Notes under the pieces: model-generated
The model's input: only the letters and a program-made list of their open reading frames with translations
Database searches by the model: none
What the model was told of the DNA's origin: nothing
In this document: one piece after another, positions 32,182 through 39,673 of the stretch
How positions within the stretch are numbered: the stretch's first letter is position 1
Layout of the letters: every line of letters starts with the position of its first letter
Source of the DNA: Nitrospiraceae bacterium
GTDB taxonomy: Bacteria > Nitrospirota > Nitrospiria > Nitrospirales > Nitrospiraceae
Assembly (NCBI GenBank): GCA_041629275.1
Contig: JBFKNO010000001.1
Coordinates: 1 to 39,673, forward strand
Direction: 5' to 3'
DNA length: 39,673 bases
Position numbers and translations under genes: made by a program

Positions 32182-32463
32182 ATGAAGATCAGCGGACGTT
32201 GGCCTGGTAATGCGAGCAAAAACAAGATAAAGCGCGTCATCCGGAAGCCGAAAATTCGCTGGCAGGCGTTGGGGCTCGCGGATCCGGCGGACAAGCAGGC
32301 CGCCCTGTCCATGGATGAGATTCGGCGTGAGGTGGCCACACTCTCGAGCCGCGGCTTTGGACAAGGCGTGCGGTCGCGGACGACGGCGCAGGAAATGCGG
32401 ACCGCCGACAGGAACGGTCCGTCAGAGGGAGCGAAGAAGCGCCGGCGGGGCGCGACCGAATAA
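32182..32463 (+). CDS. hypothetical highly basic protein (93 aa)
   Basis: GGGAGA lies 5 nt upstream of the ATG. Composition is Arg/Lys-rich and low-complexity, so the coding status is uncertain. Confidence 0.3.
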   Translation: MKISGRWPGNASKNKIKRVIRKPKIRWQALGLADPADKQAALSMDEIRREVATLSSRGFGQGVRSRTTAQEMRTADRNGPSEGAKKRRRGATE

Positions 32464-32483
32464 GACCGGACTCCCATCCCGAC

Positions 32484-33128
32484 TTGGCCCGCCCCCCTGG
32501 CAACAGCGTAGATGGCGGCAGGAGCCGGATCTGCGCGGCTCTCCTCTTACTCCCCACCCTGTTATTCGGGAGCCCGAACGACACCGCCCGTGCGGCGGAG
32601 CGCAGCCAGCCTGTCGCCCTCGAAATCAATGGCGAAGGCGTGGCTGCCGCCAAGGCGGTCCTCATCCTGCCCGGGTCCTCCGAGTTCGCACGACGTCTCC
32701 TGACCGATCCATGGAACTGGCCCGGCCTATTCCCTTCGCCGGTGCGGGTGCAATCCGTGATCCGAAACCAAGACCGGGCAGTGACCGATATGTACCTGTC
32801 TCCTCCATTCTCCTTCGGCGAGCTTCACATGGTCGTGGAAACGAGGGAGATCTCGCCCCTCCGCCTGGAAACGAGACTGCTCCGCGGCGATGTTCGCCAG
32901 TACGTCCATGTCTGGCAATTGATTCCGCTCGCCGGTGAACGTTGCACCCGGGCCGTCCTCGAGCTCACGATGCAGTTGAAGACGTGGATGCCGAGCTGGC
33001 TCTTACGCTGGTTGGTGGGGCACGAGCTGGACGGACACCTCCAGCGGGTCCTCGCCGAAGCCGGGCGGCGGGCGGGCGATGCGAGCGCCTGCGCCTCCGG
33101 CGAGACGGCGCCACGTCCGTCCGATTGA
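32484..33128 (+). CDS. SRPBCC (START/polyketide cyclase-like) family protein with signal-like N-terminus
   Basis: It has a TTG start. The pattern DPWNWPGLFPSPVRV...LELTMQLKTWMPSWLLRWLV is typical of SRPBCC ligand-binding folds. The start is uncertain. Confidence 0.5.
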   Translation: MARPPGNSVDGGRSRICAALLLLPTLLFGSPNDTARAAERSQPVALEINGEGVAAAKAVLILPGSSEFARRLLTDPWNWPGLFPSPVRVQSVIRNQDRAVTDMYLSPPFSFGELHMVVETREISPLRLETRLLRGDVRQYVHVWQLIPLAGERCTRAVLELTMQLKTWMPSWLLRWLVGHELDGHLQRVLAEAGRRAGDASACASGETAPRPSD

Positions 33129-33131
33129 CTC

Positions 33132-33890
33132 ATGGCACCCGTTCCCCTACAAGATCCTGCAGGTATGGTCCCCCCTGACCGGAGACTCGAACGCGTGCAC
33201 CGGTTCTTCTCTGGAACCGGCACGACCTACGACTGGATGGTCCAGGCCGCCACCTTCGGCATCGACCGCCGCTGGAAGAGCCGGCTCGTGGACCTGATTC
33301 CGCCCGACGCCAGCCGCGTGCTGGATCTGGCCTGCGGGACGGGAATCTCGACGCTGGCCATCGCGGACCGGCTCCCCGGCTGCCGTGTCGTGGGCGTCGA
33401 ACTGCGGCGGGAGTACCTCGATCTCGCGCGCGCCAAACTAGCGCGCGGGCCCGGACGGAATGTGGAGCTGGTTCTCAGTCGCGCGGAGGACTACCGCTCC
33501 GAGACGCCATTCGATTGCGTGGTCTCGTCCTACCTGGCCAAGTACGCTGACCTCAAGAGCTTGACCCGCAGCACGAAGGACATGCTGAAGCCGGGCGGGC
33601 TCCTCCTCATGCACGATTTCACCTTTCCGCCCAAGGCCTCCCTGGTTGGGATTTTCCGGCTGTACTTCTTCGTGCTCCAGCGTCTGGGGAGTCCCCTCTT
33701 TCCGTCATGGCGGGAGATCTTTTACGGATTGCCCAAGCTGATCGAGGAGACGCGCTGGGTGCCGGAGCTCACCGAGGCCCTGCGCGAGGAGGGATTTGCC
33801 GATACCCGGACGGAATATCTGACGGCCTACGGGTCGGCCATCGTCGTCGCCAGAAAAGACCCCGGTCCTTCCTTCCGGCAGTCCTCATAG
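33132..33890 (+). CDS. class I SAM-dependent methyltransferase
   Basis: It has motif I (VLDLACGTGIST) and post-I (VVGVEL). It starts 3 nt after the upstream stop. Confidence 0.8.
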   Translation: MAPVPLQDPAGMVPPDRRLERVHRFFSGTGTTYDWMVQAATFGIDRRWKSRLVDLIPPDASRVLDLACGTGISTLAIADRLPGCRVVGVELRREYLDLARAKLARGPGRNVELVLSRAEDYRSETPFDCVVSSYLAKYADLKSLTRSTKDMLKPGGLLLMHDFTFPPKASLVGIFRLYFFVLQRLGSPLFPSWREIFYGLPKLIEETRWVPELTEALREEGFADTRTEYLTAYGSAIVVARKDPGPSFRQSS

Positions 33891-33928
33891 AGGAGCCGTG
33901 CGCGCGCGCCCTCGCTTGACCCGACCGC

Positions 33929-34657
33929 TCAACCGCTCACTCGCCAGGCGACCAGGCCGAGGCTCAGCAGCATGACCCCCACGCTGACACTCTTTAAAAT
34001 AGACTCGAGTGACCGCACCTGCTCGCTCCCGATCGGCTGCCCGCCCGAATCGCGCTCACGCTTCATGGACTTGTAGTGCCGCGAGGCCTTGATCTCCACG
34101 AGGCTCAGAAGCCCCATGGACGCCGCCACGAGGAGCGAGGCCAGCGACACCCGGTTGGTCTGGAGGACATAGCCCGCCAAAACCGGGAGGCTGCCCCACG
34201 ACAGGCCGAACCAGGCGTCCGTGTGAAAACGTCCGTGAAACCATTCCAGATTGTAGGCGAGAAGGAAGAAGCCCTCCGGAATTGCAATCAACCACAAGAC
34301 CGGCGTGTACAGCACCATGTAGTAGATGCCGATCGCGTAGGCGGCGACGAGCGACACGATGGCGAGGGCGATCAGGCTGCGCTTCGAGAAGGCATTGCCC
34401 CAGGGTTTGAGGCCTTTGCTGCCCACGGCATCCAGCGCATGCCCGCCGATGCCCAGGGCAAGAAAGTAGATCAACAGGACCGCCCCCACCCGATCCCAGT
34501 GGATCTGGTCGGCCATCATCGACCCGATGACGGTGTACGCGAGGACCATCCCGGTATAGGGCAGAAACAGGAGGCCGATGAAGAGCCGTAGCTTCAAGGG
34601 GCCAACGCTGGGAACAAACCACTCGGTCCGCCGATCTCCTGCGCCGCTCGTGCTCAT
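33929..34657 (-). CDS. polytopic membrane protein, function unknown
   Basis: A strong RBS (GGGGAGGG) lies 4 nt upstream. It has about 7 hydrophobic segments. I saw no prenyltransferase Asp-rich motif. Confidence 0.65.
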   Translation of the reverse strand: MSTSGAGDRRTEWFVPSVGPLKLRLFIGLLFLPYTGMVLAYTVIGSMMADQIHWDRVGAVLLIYFLALGIGGHALDAVGSKGLKPWGNAFSKRSLIALAIVSLVAAYAIGIYYMVLYTPVLWLIAIPEGFFLLAYNLEWFHGRFHTDAWFGLSWGSLPVLAGYVLQTNRVSLASLLVAASMGLLSLVEIKASRHYKSMKRERDSGGQPIGSEQVRSLESILKSVSVGVMLLSLGLVAWRVSG

Positions 34658-34803
34658 GATGCCCTCCCCTTCCCGGAGACGCCCGTGTGGTGCGTCGCGG
34701 CATCGCCCTGCCGCCCCATGCCCGCCGCACAGTACGCCCGGCGACGCAGGGGATCAAGGCCCCGTGGGCCGCCTGGTCTTGGGAGATGGATCGACGGGCG
34801 AAG

Positions 34804-34891
34804 ACGTAAGGCGTCAGGTCCTTCGACGAAGCTCAGGGCAGGCGTGAGGCGTGGGGGGTCAGAGAAGAGGACAGATGCGCCTTACGTTTTT
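34804..34891 (+). terminator. terminator-like long hairpin with T-tract in the leader region of the ADH gene
   Basis: ACGTAAGGCG (34804-34813) pairs with CGCCTTACGT (34878-34887) and runs into TTTTT. An inner CTTCG-a-CGAAG hairpin is present. No upstream plus-strand gene is there to terminate. Confidence 0.3.
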
Positions 34892-35010
34892 GCCCCCCCT
34901 CTTCATAGGTAGCTGACTAAACCGAGCAGATGTATTACACTCTGCCGTTCCGTTGACCGGCCAGGCGGCGCCCTGCGCGTCCCCGTACAGCCAGGAGAGG
35001 AGGCCGACCG

Positions 35011-36054
35011 ATGATTCCCACGAATGGATACGCCGCAATGAAGCCCGGGGCCGCGCTCGAGCCGTTCAGGTTCGAGCGCCACCCGGTGGGACCCTATGAC
35101 GTCCTGATCCAGATCCGCTATTGCGGGGTCTGCCACTCCGACATCCATCAGGCGCGCGATGAATGGGGGGGGTCCATTTTCCCGATGGTGCCCGGCCATG
35201 AGATCGTCGGCACCGTCCTGCAGGCCGGGGCATCCGTGAAGCAGGTTCGAGAGGGCGAGACCGTCGGCGTCGGCTGTTTCGTGGACTCCTGCCGCACCTG
35301 CCCGTCCTGCCGCCAAGGGGTGGAGCAGTATTGCGAGGAGGGCATGATCCTCACCTACAACGGCCGCGACAAGAAGGGCCAGCCCACCTACGGGGGCTAT
35401 TCCACGCAGATCGTGGTCGACGAGAACTACGTGCTGCGAATTCCGCAGTCCTTGTCACCGGAAGGCGCGGCGCCGCTCCTCTGCGCCGGAATCACGACCT
35501 ACTCGCCGCTGCGGCACTGGGGCGTCGGCAAGGGGCACAGCCTCGCGGTCGCCGGGTTGGGAGGCCTCGGGCACATGGCCGTCAAGCTCGGCCGGGCCTT
35601 CGGCGCGCAGGTCACGGTCCTGAGCCGGTCGGAGAGCAAGCGACAGGAGGCCGAGCGCCTGGGGGCCGTGGACTATGTCGTCACCGCCAGCGGCGACGCC
35701 CTCTCGCGCCTTGCCAGGCAGTTCGACTTCATCATCGACACGATCTCGGCGCCCCATGACTACAACGCCCTTCTCGAGCTGCTCAAGACCGACGGGACGA
35801 TGATCCTGGTCGGCGCGCCCGCCCAAAACATTCCCCTGGCACCATTTTCCCTCGTTCTGCGACGGCGCCGTCTGGTCGGCTCGCTCATTGGCGGGATCAA
35901 AGAGACCCAGGAGATGCTCGACTTTTGCGCGGTCAACGACATCACGTCGGACGTCGAGGTCATTCCCATCCAGCAGGTAAACGATGCCTACGAGCGCGTC
36001 CTCCAAGGCGACGTGCGCTTCCGCTTCGTCATCGACATCGAGTCCGTGAAATAG
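35011..36054 (+). CDS. zinc-dependent NAD(P) alcohol dehydrogenase (cinnamyl-ADH/YahK-like)
   Basis: GGAGAGGAGG lies 7 nt upstream. Motifs are GVCHSDIH, GHEIVG, CRTCPSCRQGVEQYC and GLGGLGHMAV. Confidence 0.9.
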   Translation: MIPTNGYAAMKPGAALEPFRFERHPVGPYDVLIQIRYCGVCHSDIHQARDEWGGSIFPMVPGHEIVGTVLQAGASVKQVREGETVGVGCFVDSCRTCPSCRQGVEQYCEEGMILTYNGRDKKGQPTYGGYSTQIVVDENYVLRIPQSLSPEGAAPLLCAGITTYSPLRHWGVGKGHSLAVAGLGGLGHMAVKLGRAFGAQVTVLSRSESKRQEAERLGAVDYVVTASGDALSRLARQFDFIIDTISAPHDYNALLELLKTDGTMILVGAPAQNIPLAPFSLVLRRRRLVGSLIGGIKETQEMLDFCAVNDITSDVEVIPIQQVNDAYERVLQGDVRFRFVIDIESVK

Positions 36055-36320
36055 CCGAGCGCGGGACGCGCGCTTGGACCATTCTGCGGGAAGCGGTAAG
36101 ACGGGTTCGTCTTGAACTGCGAGGAGGTGCGATGATGCCAGGCCCCGTGATACCGGCAAGACCCCTGCTCTCGTATCGGAGTACATGCATCGAGCCATCA
36201 TGAAGATCCCATCTGACGCCTCGTTGTGGGAAGCCGCCGCCCAATAACCCAGGAACCGGAAATTCCCAATGAGATGTCTAAGATAGCGCCCGTCCGCGGT
36301 ACCCATCCCGTGGAGGCTGC

Positions 36321-36905
36321 ATGGACCTTTCCCCGACGATAAGCCCGAAGCGGAAGCTGCTCTACATCGTCCTCTTCTTTGCCGTGGTCTACCTGACCGT
36401 CGAGCTGTCAGGCCTCCGATCACGCCTCTCTCCCGCGTACATCCGAGACCTGTTCTGGCAGCACGAGACCTGGGGTGTCGTGCTCTTCTGCCTGGCCTTC
36501 AGCGCGGGGAACCTGCTGTACGTGCCGGGGTGGGTGTTCCTGATGGGCGCGGTGTTCGCGCTGGGGAAGGAATGGGGGGCGGTCGTGACCTATGGCGCCG
36601 CGCTGTGCTCGGCCGGGATCAGTTACGCGCTCATCCGGACCATGGGCGGGAGCGCGCTACGCAGCCTCAACCACAAGTGGGCGGACAGGGTCTTCGCCCA
36701 TCTCGATGAGCGCCCGATCCTCTCCGTCACCCTCCTGCGCCTGATGTTTCAGACCTTGCCCGCCCTGAACTACGCCCTGGCCCTCGCAAACATCCGGTTT
36801 CGCCATTACTTGATCGGCACCTTCCTGGGCTTGCCGATCCCCATCTTTCTTTACTGCTACTTCTTCGAGATCGTCTTCGAGCAGGTGCACGACAAAGTCC
36901 AGTGA
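36321..36905 (+). CDS. DedA / TVP38-TMEM64 (VTT domain) family membrane protein
   Basis: GGAGG lies 4 nt upstream. It is polytopic, with motifs PGWVFLMGAVFALG and TLLRLMFQTLPALNYALAL. Confidence 0.75.
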   Translation: MDLSPTISPKRKLLYIVLFFAVVYLTVELSGLRSRLSPAYIRDLFWQHETWGVVLFCLAFSAGNLLYVPGWVFLMGAVFALGKEWGAVVTYGAALCSAGISYALIRTMGGSALRSLNHKWADRVFAHLDERPILSVTLLRLMFQTLPALNYALALANIRFRHYLIGTFLGLPIPIFLYCYFFEIVFEQVHDKVQ

Positions 36906-37003
36906 ACGTCTGTTGAGCTTGCGCGCATGCGCACCTCGCAAACAGATCAACCCATTGCTGTGAAACTGCTCTCTTCGTTTCATACCTCCTCTGCCGACGA
37001 CGA

Positions 37004-37045
37004 ACAACTAAGAACTCAAAACTCACAACTCACAACTCAAAACTT
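37004..37045. repeat. short tandem repeat, ACTCA(C/A)A heptamer/octamer units
   Basis: AACTAAG AACTCAAA ACTCACA ACTCACA ACTCAAA ACTT lies in the convergent spacer, ending 7 nt before the stop codon at 37052-37054. Confidence 0.6.
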
Positions 37046-37051
37046 CCCCCC

Positions 37052-37483
37052 TCAGTCCCCTCCTTTGAGCGCGTCCTCATCGTACTCGGCTGGTTCGCTG
37101 TCGTCGGTCTCTCCCAGCCCACCGCGAAATGAGGAGTGGATGCTGTGAACTTGGCGCAACGCGTCCGATCCCTGGAGCTCCCTGCCAAACCGATCGAGAA
37201 ACCGGTCGCAGAGCTCGGCGCCCTTCTGAAAATAGCGCGGGAGGGTCACCTCCGTCACTTGCTGCCAGGTGATGTAGATCAAGAACTCCTGAAAGAACCG
37301 TGCCTCTGAGAGGCGTTCACCGAAGCTCTGGAGCCGGTCAAAGGCCTCACTTGCCTCCGGGCCGGCGCTGGAGGAAAACGTCTCCTCCGCATCGACGATC
37401 GCCTCTCTCAAATCCCCCAGCTCGCCCTCTTCCTCGGCGCGGTGCAAGGCCTGCTGCGCGGCAATCGAAGGATCAAAGTGCAT
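37052..37483 (-). CDS. hypothetical acidic protein (143 aa)
   Basis: The start is placed at MHFDP, with AGGAG 6 nt upstream. It is helical and Glu/Asp-rich. I recognised no family. Confidence 0.55.
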   Translation of the reverse strand: MHFDPSIAAQQALHRAEEEGELGDLREAIVDAEETFSSSAGPEASEAFDRLQSFGERLSEARFFQEFLIYITWQQVTEVTLPRYFQKGAELCDRFLDRFGRELQGSDALRQVHSIHSSFRGGLGETDDSEPAEYDEDALKGGD

Positions 37484-37715
37484 GATGCTCTCCTGACCGT
37501 GGAGTGAATGTTGACGAGGCTGCCACCAGCGCAACGCAGCTCGTCGGCAAGGCGCCACCCTATTACAATCGTCTGCCAAAGGGAAAGGGGGCGATCTCGT
37601 TTGCCCTTTTCCGTCTCTTGGGCCGGTTTTCGGTCGTGTATCTGGCAAGAACCTTGCGTGTGATCGGTAAGCGGGCCGGCCTGGGCTATACTTGCCCTCA
37701 GGCGGAGGAGAGGTC

Positions 37716-38387
37716 ATGCATCGGACGGGCTACATTTTGGCTGCCGGCAGCATCGCGCTGCTCGTGGGCTGTCCATTCCCTGCCTTCGACATGCCTCGCT
37801 CGGTCGAGGGGCCGGACACCGACTGCTGTCCGGCAGGATCGGTCGCCGAACGCCGTCATGCCATCGCCAAGACCGCCGCCAAGCTCGTCGGCGCCAAAAC
37901 GATCAAGTACAAGGGCCGGCGGATCAGGTACGACTGCGCGGGCGTCACCCGGGCGGTCTACCTCGCCAATGGGATCGATCTCTTCAAGAACCCCGACCGC
38001 GACCGACGGGGCAACGGAACCACGCTCATCTACAACCACGTTCGCCGGTACGGGCGCATCCACCGCGGCCCGAAGGCCCATCCGGGGGACCTCGTGTTCT
38101 TCAACAACACATGGGATTCCAACGACGACGGGCGTATCAACGATCCCCTCACCCATGTGGGCGTCGTCGAGCGAGTCGAAGAGGATGGCACGATCGTCTT
38201 CATCAGCCGTGTCTCCCGGGCTATCGAACGGTATCGCATCAATCTGACCAGGCCAGGCCTGCACAAGAGCGGGGACGGCCGCCTCCTCAACGACTTCATG
38301 CGCCGCAAGCGCCCGCGCGATCCCGGCAATACCCGCTATCTCACCGGCCAGCTCTTCGCGGCCTTCGGCACGCGCGTCACGAAATAA
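37716..38387 (+). CDS. NlpC/P60 (C40 peptidase/CHAP-like) lipoprotein
   Basis: GGAGGAGAGG lies upstream of ATG 37716. It has a lipobox (LLVGC), a catalytic Cys context (YDCAGVTRAVY) and a His context (THVGVV). Confidence 0.75.
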   Translation: MHRTGYILAAGSIALLVGCPFPAFDMPRSVEGPDTDCCPAGSVAERRHAIAKTAAKLVGAKTIKYKGRRIRYDCAGVTRAVYLANGIDLFKNPDRDRRGNGTTLIYNHVRRYGRIHRGPKAHPGDLVFFNNTWDSNDDGRINDPLTHVGVVERVEEDGTIVFISRVSRAIERYRINLTRPGLHKSGDGRLLNDFMRRKRPRDPGNTRYLTGQLFAAFGTRVTK

Positions 38388-38523
38388 GGACCTCTTCCCC
38401 TTCCCTGCGCGCCCGAGTGCAAAATCTCTACACCCGGGAGCGATTCACGAACGACTGAACGGCAAGGGATAGGGGGACAAGCGAACGACCAAAGCGGGTG
38501 GGGAAGGTCCGGGTCTGGCCGCG

Positions 38524-39366
38524 TCAGGTGAGGCCCATCGCCTCGATGCGCAGGACTTCCTGGGGGGTGAGCGACAGGTTCTCCACCTGGAGATCTTCCT
38601 TCATGTGTTGCTCGTTCGTCGTGCCGGTCAGGGGGAGCATTCCGATCTGCATGGCGAAGCGGAAGATGACCTGCTGGGGCCCGGTTCCCAGGCGCTTGGC
38701 GATCGCCCAGGTCTCGGGGTCGACCAGAACATCCCGGTTCGCCGTCAGCAGCGAGAAGCCCTGGTAAATAATATTGTGGGCCCGGCAGACCTCCCTGACC
38801 TCCTTGTCCCAACCGAGGACGGCGTAGCACCGGTTCTGCACGACCATGGGCTTGATGGATGCCTTGTCGCAGAGCTCCTTGAGCTGCGCGGCATTCACGT
38901 TGCTGACACCGATGATCTTGGTGCGACCCGTGTGGTAGAGCGCCTCCATCGCGGCCCAGACTTCCCAGTCCGCCTCCAGGAGTCCCCATCGTGAATGGGG
39001 TCCGTGCAGAACGTAGGAGTCCAGGTGATCCGTCCGGAGATGTTCCAGCGAGCTCTCGAAAGACTGCGCCACCTGGGTCGTGAGATCCGCGGAGGCATCG
39101 TAGGGCCTGCGATGGTCTTGTCCATTGACCGGGGTAAATTTAGTTTGGAGAAAGACCTGATCCCGCTTGATCCCCTTGGCTGCCAGCGCACGCAGCGCCT
39201 GCCCCACCTGGGCCTCGTCGTAATGGATGAGTTGATTGGCGGTATCGATGGCCCTGAAGCCCGCGGAGACGGCCTGGAGAACCAGCTTGGCGGTCGCGTC
39301 CTTCTTCCACGCCGTGCCGTACATGAAGGATGGAATGGTGACGCGATTGTAGGTCGTAGAGGTCAT
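38524..39366 (-). CDS. aldo/keto reductase
   Basis: Motifs are YGTAWKK, GFRAIDTANQLIHYDE and LDSYVLHGP. It has a typical AKR length of 280 aa. Confidence 0.85.
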   Translation of the reverse strand: MTSTTYNRVTIPSFMYGTAWKKDATAKLVLQAVSAGFRAIDTANQLIHYDEAQVGQALRALAAKGIKRDQVFLQTKFTPVNGQDHRRPYDASADLTTQVAQSFESSLEHLRTDHLDSYVLHGPHSRWGLLEADWEVWAAMEALYHTGRTKIIGVSNVNAAQLKELCDKASIKPMVVQNRCYAVLGWDKEVREVCRAHNIIYQGFSLLTANRDVLVDPETWAIAKRLGTGPQQVIFRFAMQIGMLPLTGTTNEQHMKEDLQVENLSLTPQEVLRIEAMGLT

Positions 39367-39436
39367 CGGGGTTCACCCCTGTTGAATGGTGGACGCGGTT
39401 TCACCCCCAGAGGGTACCGATCCTTGCAGGCAAAGA

Positions 39437-39673
39437 TCAACTCCGCCCGGTGCGAGCTGCCGGATCGTCCTGCGGACGCCAGCCGGACATGACACAGCAC
39501 TGCGCGATCAGGGGCAGGAAGCTCGGTAGATCATGCGCGATCGCCTGCATCACGGCCTCAGCCAGAGCCGTATGGGTAAAGCAATCGTAGACATCATCCA
39601 AAAAGCCCCCGCGCAAGAGCGGATGAGAGAGAAACGCGTCTCCCGCCTCGGTCTCCACGGTGATCGGCCATTC
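39437..39673 (-). CDS. partial CDS (C-terminal part), function unknown; 5' end beyond window
   Basis: The frame stays open to the window edge (EWPITVETEAGD...). I recognised no motif. Confidence 0.35.
   Translation of the reverse strand, partial: EWPITVETEAGDAFLSHPLLRGGFLDDVYDCFTHTALAEAVMQAIAHDLPSFLPLIAQCCVMSGWRPQDDPAARTGRS

Noticed and set aside
36132-36203. 23-codon ORF (MMPGPVIPARPLLSYRSTCIEPS) with GAGGAGG upstream, in the ADH-DedA spacer
   Set aside because: The RBS spacing is short (4 nt) and there is no recognisable peptide class. It could be a leader peptide, but I have no supporting structure.
36657-37007. 116-aa minus-strand ORF with GAGGAGGT next to an internal ATG
   Set aside because: It runs antisense through the DedA-like gene. 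The RBS abuts the ATG with 1-2 nt spacing.
1-39673. CRISPR arrays, tRNA/rRNA genes, prophage or defence-system genes (RT, nucleases, Cas, TA pairs)
   Set aside because: I scanned the intergenic regions and ORF products by eye. I found no regularly spaced direct repeats, no T-loop/acceptor patterns and no hallmark enzyme motifs. tRNAscan, Infernal or defence-finder tools would be needed for certainty.

Overview
High-GC bacterial chromosomal segment. Individual 60-nt lines I counted range from 26/60 G+C (28381-28440) to 45/60 (24001-24060). I can support about 47 protein-coding genes. I found no rRNA, tRNA, CRISPR array, transposase, integrase or phage gene. Recognisable housekeeping genes are an HtrA-like protease, ttcA, a HAD nucleotidase, a CPBP protease, a SlyD-type FKBP, an IMPase-family phosphatase, mscL, tdh-kbl, trkA-trkH, yacG, metF, a Zn-ADH, a DedA/TVP38 protein, an NlpC/P60 lipoprotein and an aldo-keto reductase. 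Signalling and envelope content is dense. It includes three PilZ-type domains and a BLUF photoreceptor domain fused to a PsiE-like membrane module. It also includes a stand-alone membrane-anchored CxxCH (DUF3365-like) protein and a HAMP-only membrane protein co-oriented with an orphan GspG-like pseudopilin inside a low-GC islet. A polytopic membrane protein carries a type IV pilin-like ectodomain. Non-coding structure includes three families of palindromic intergenic repeats. There is also a strong orphan intrinsic terminator preceded by about 300 nt of ORF-poor, hairpin-rich sequence, and several operator-like palindromes. The best novelty candidates are the BLUF-PsiE fusion (7674-8558), the HAMP/pseudopilin islet with its upstream structured RNA region (27324-29039), the pilin-like polytopic protein (15319-15966) and the ATP-grasp-like/PilZ-like pair (13559-14993). 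All functional calls come from motif recognition by eye, because no database search or folding program could be run. Many long ORFs in the six-frame track are antisense shadows typical of high-GC DNA and were not called.
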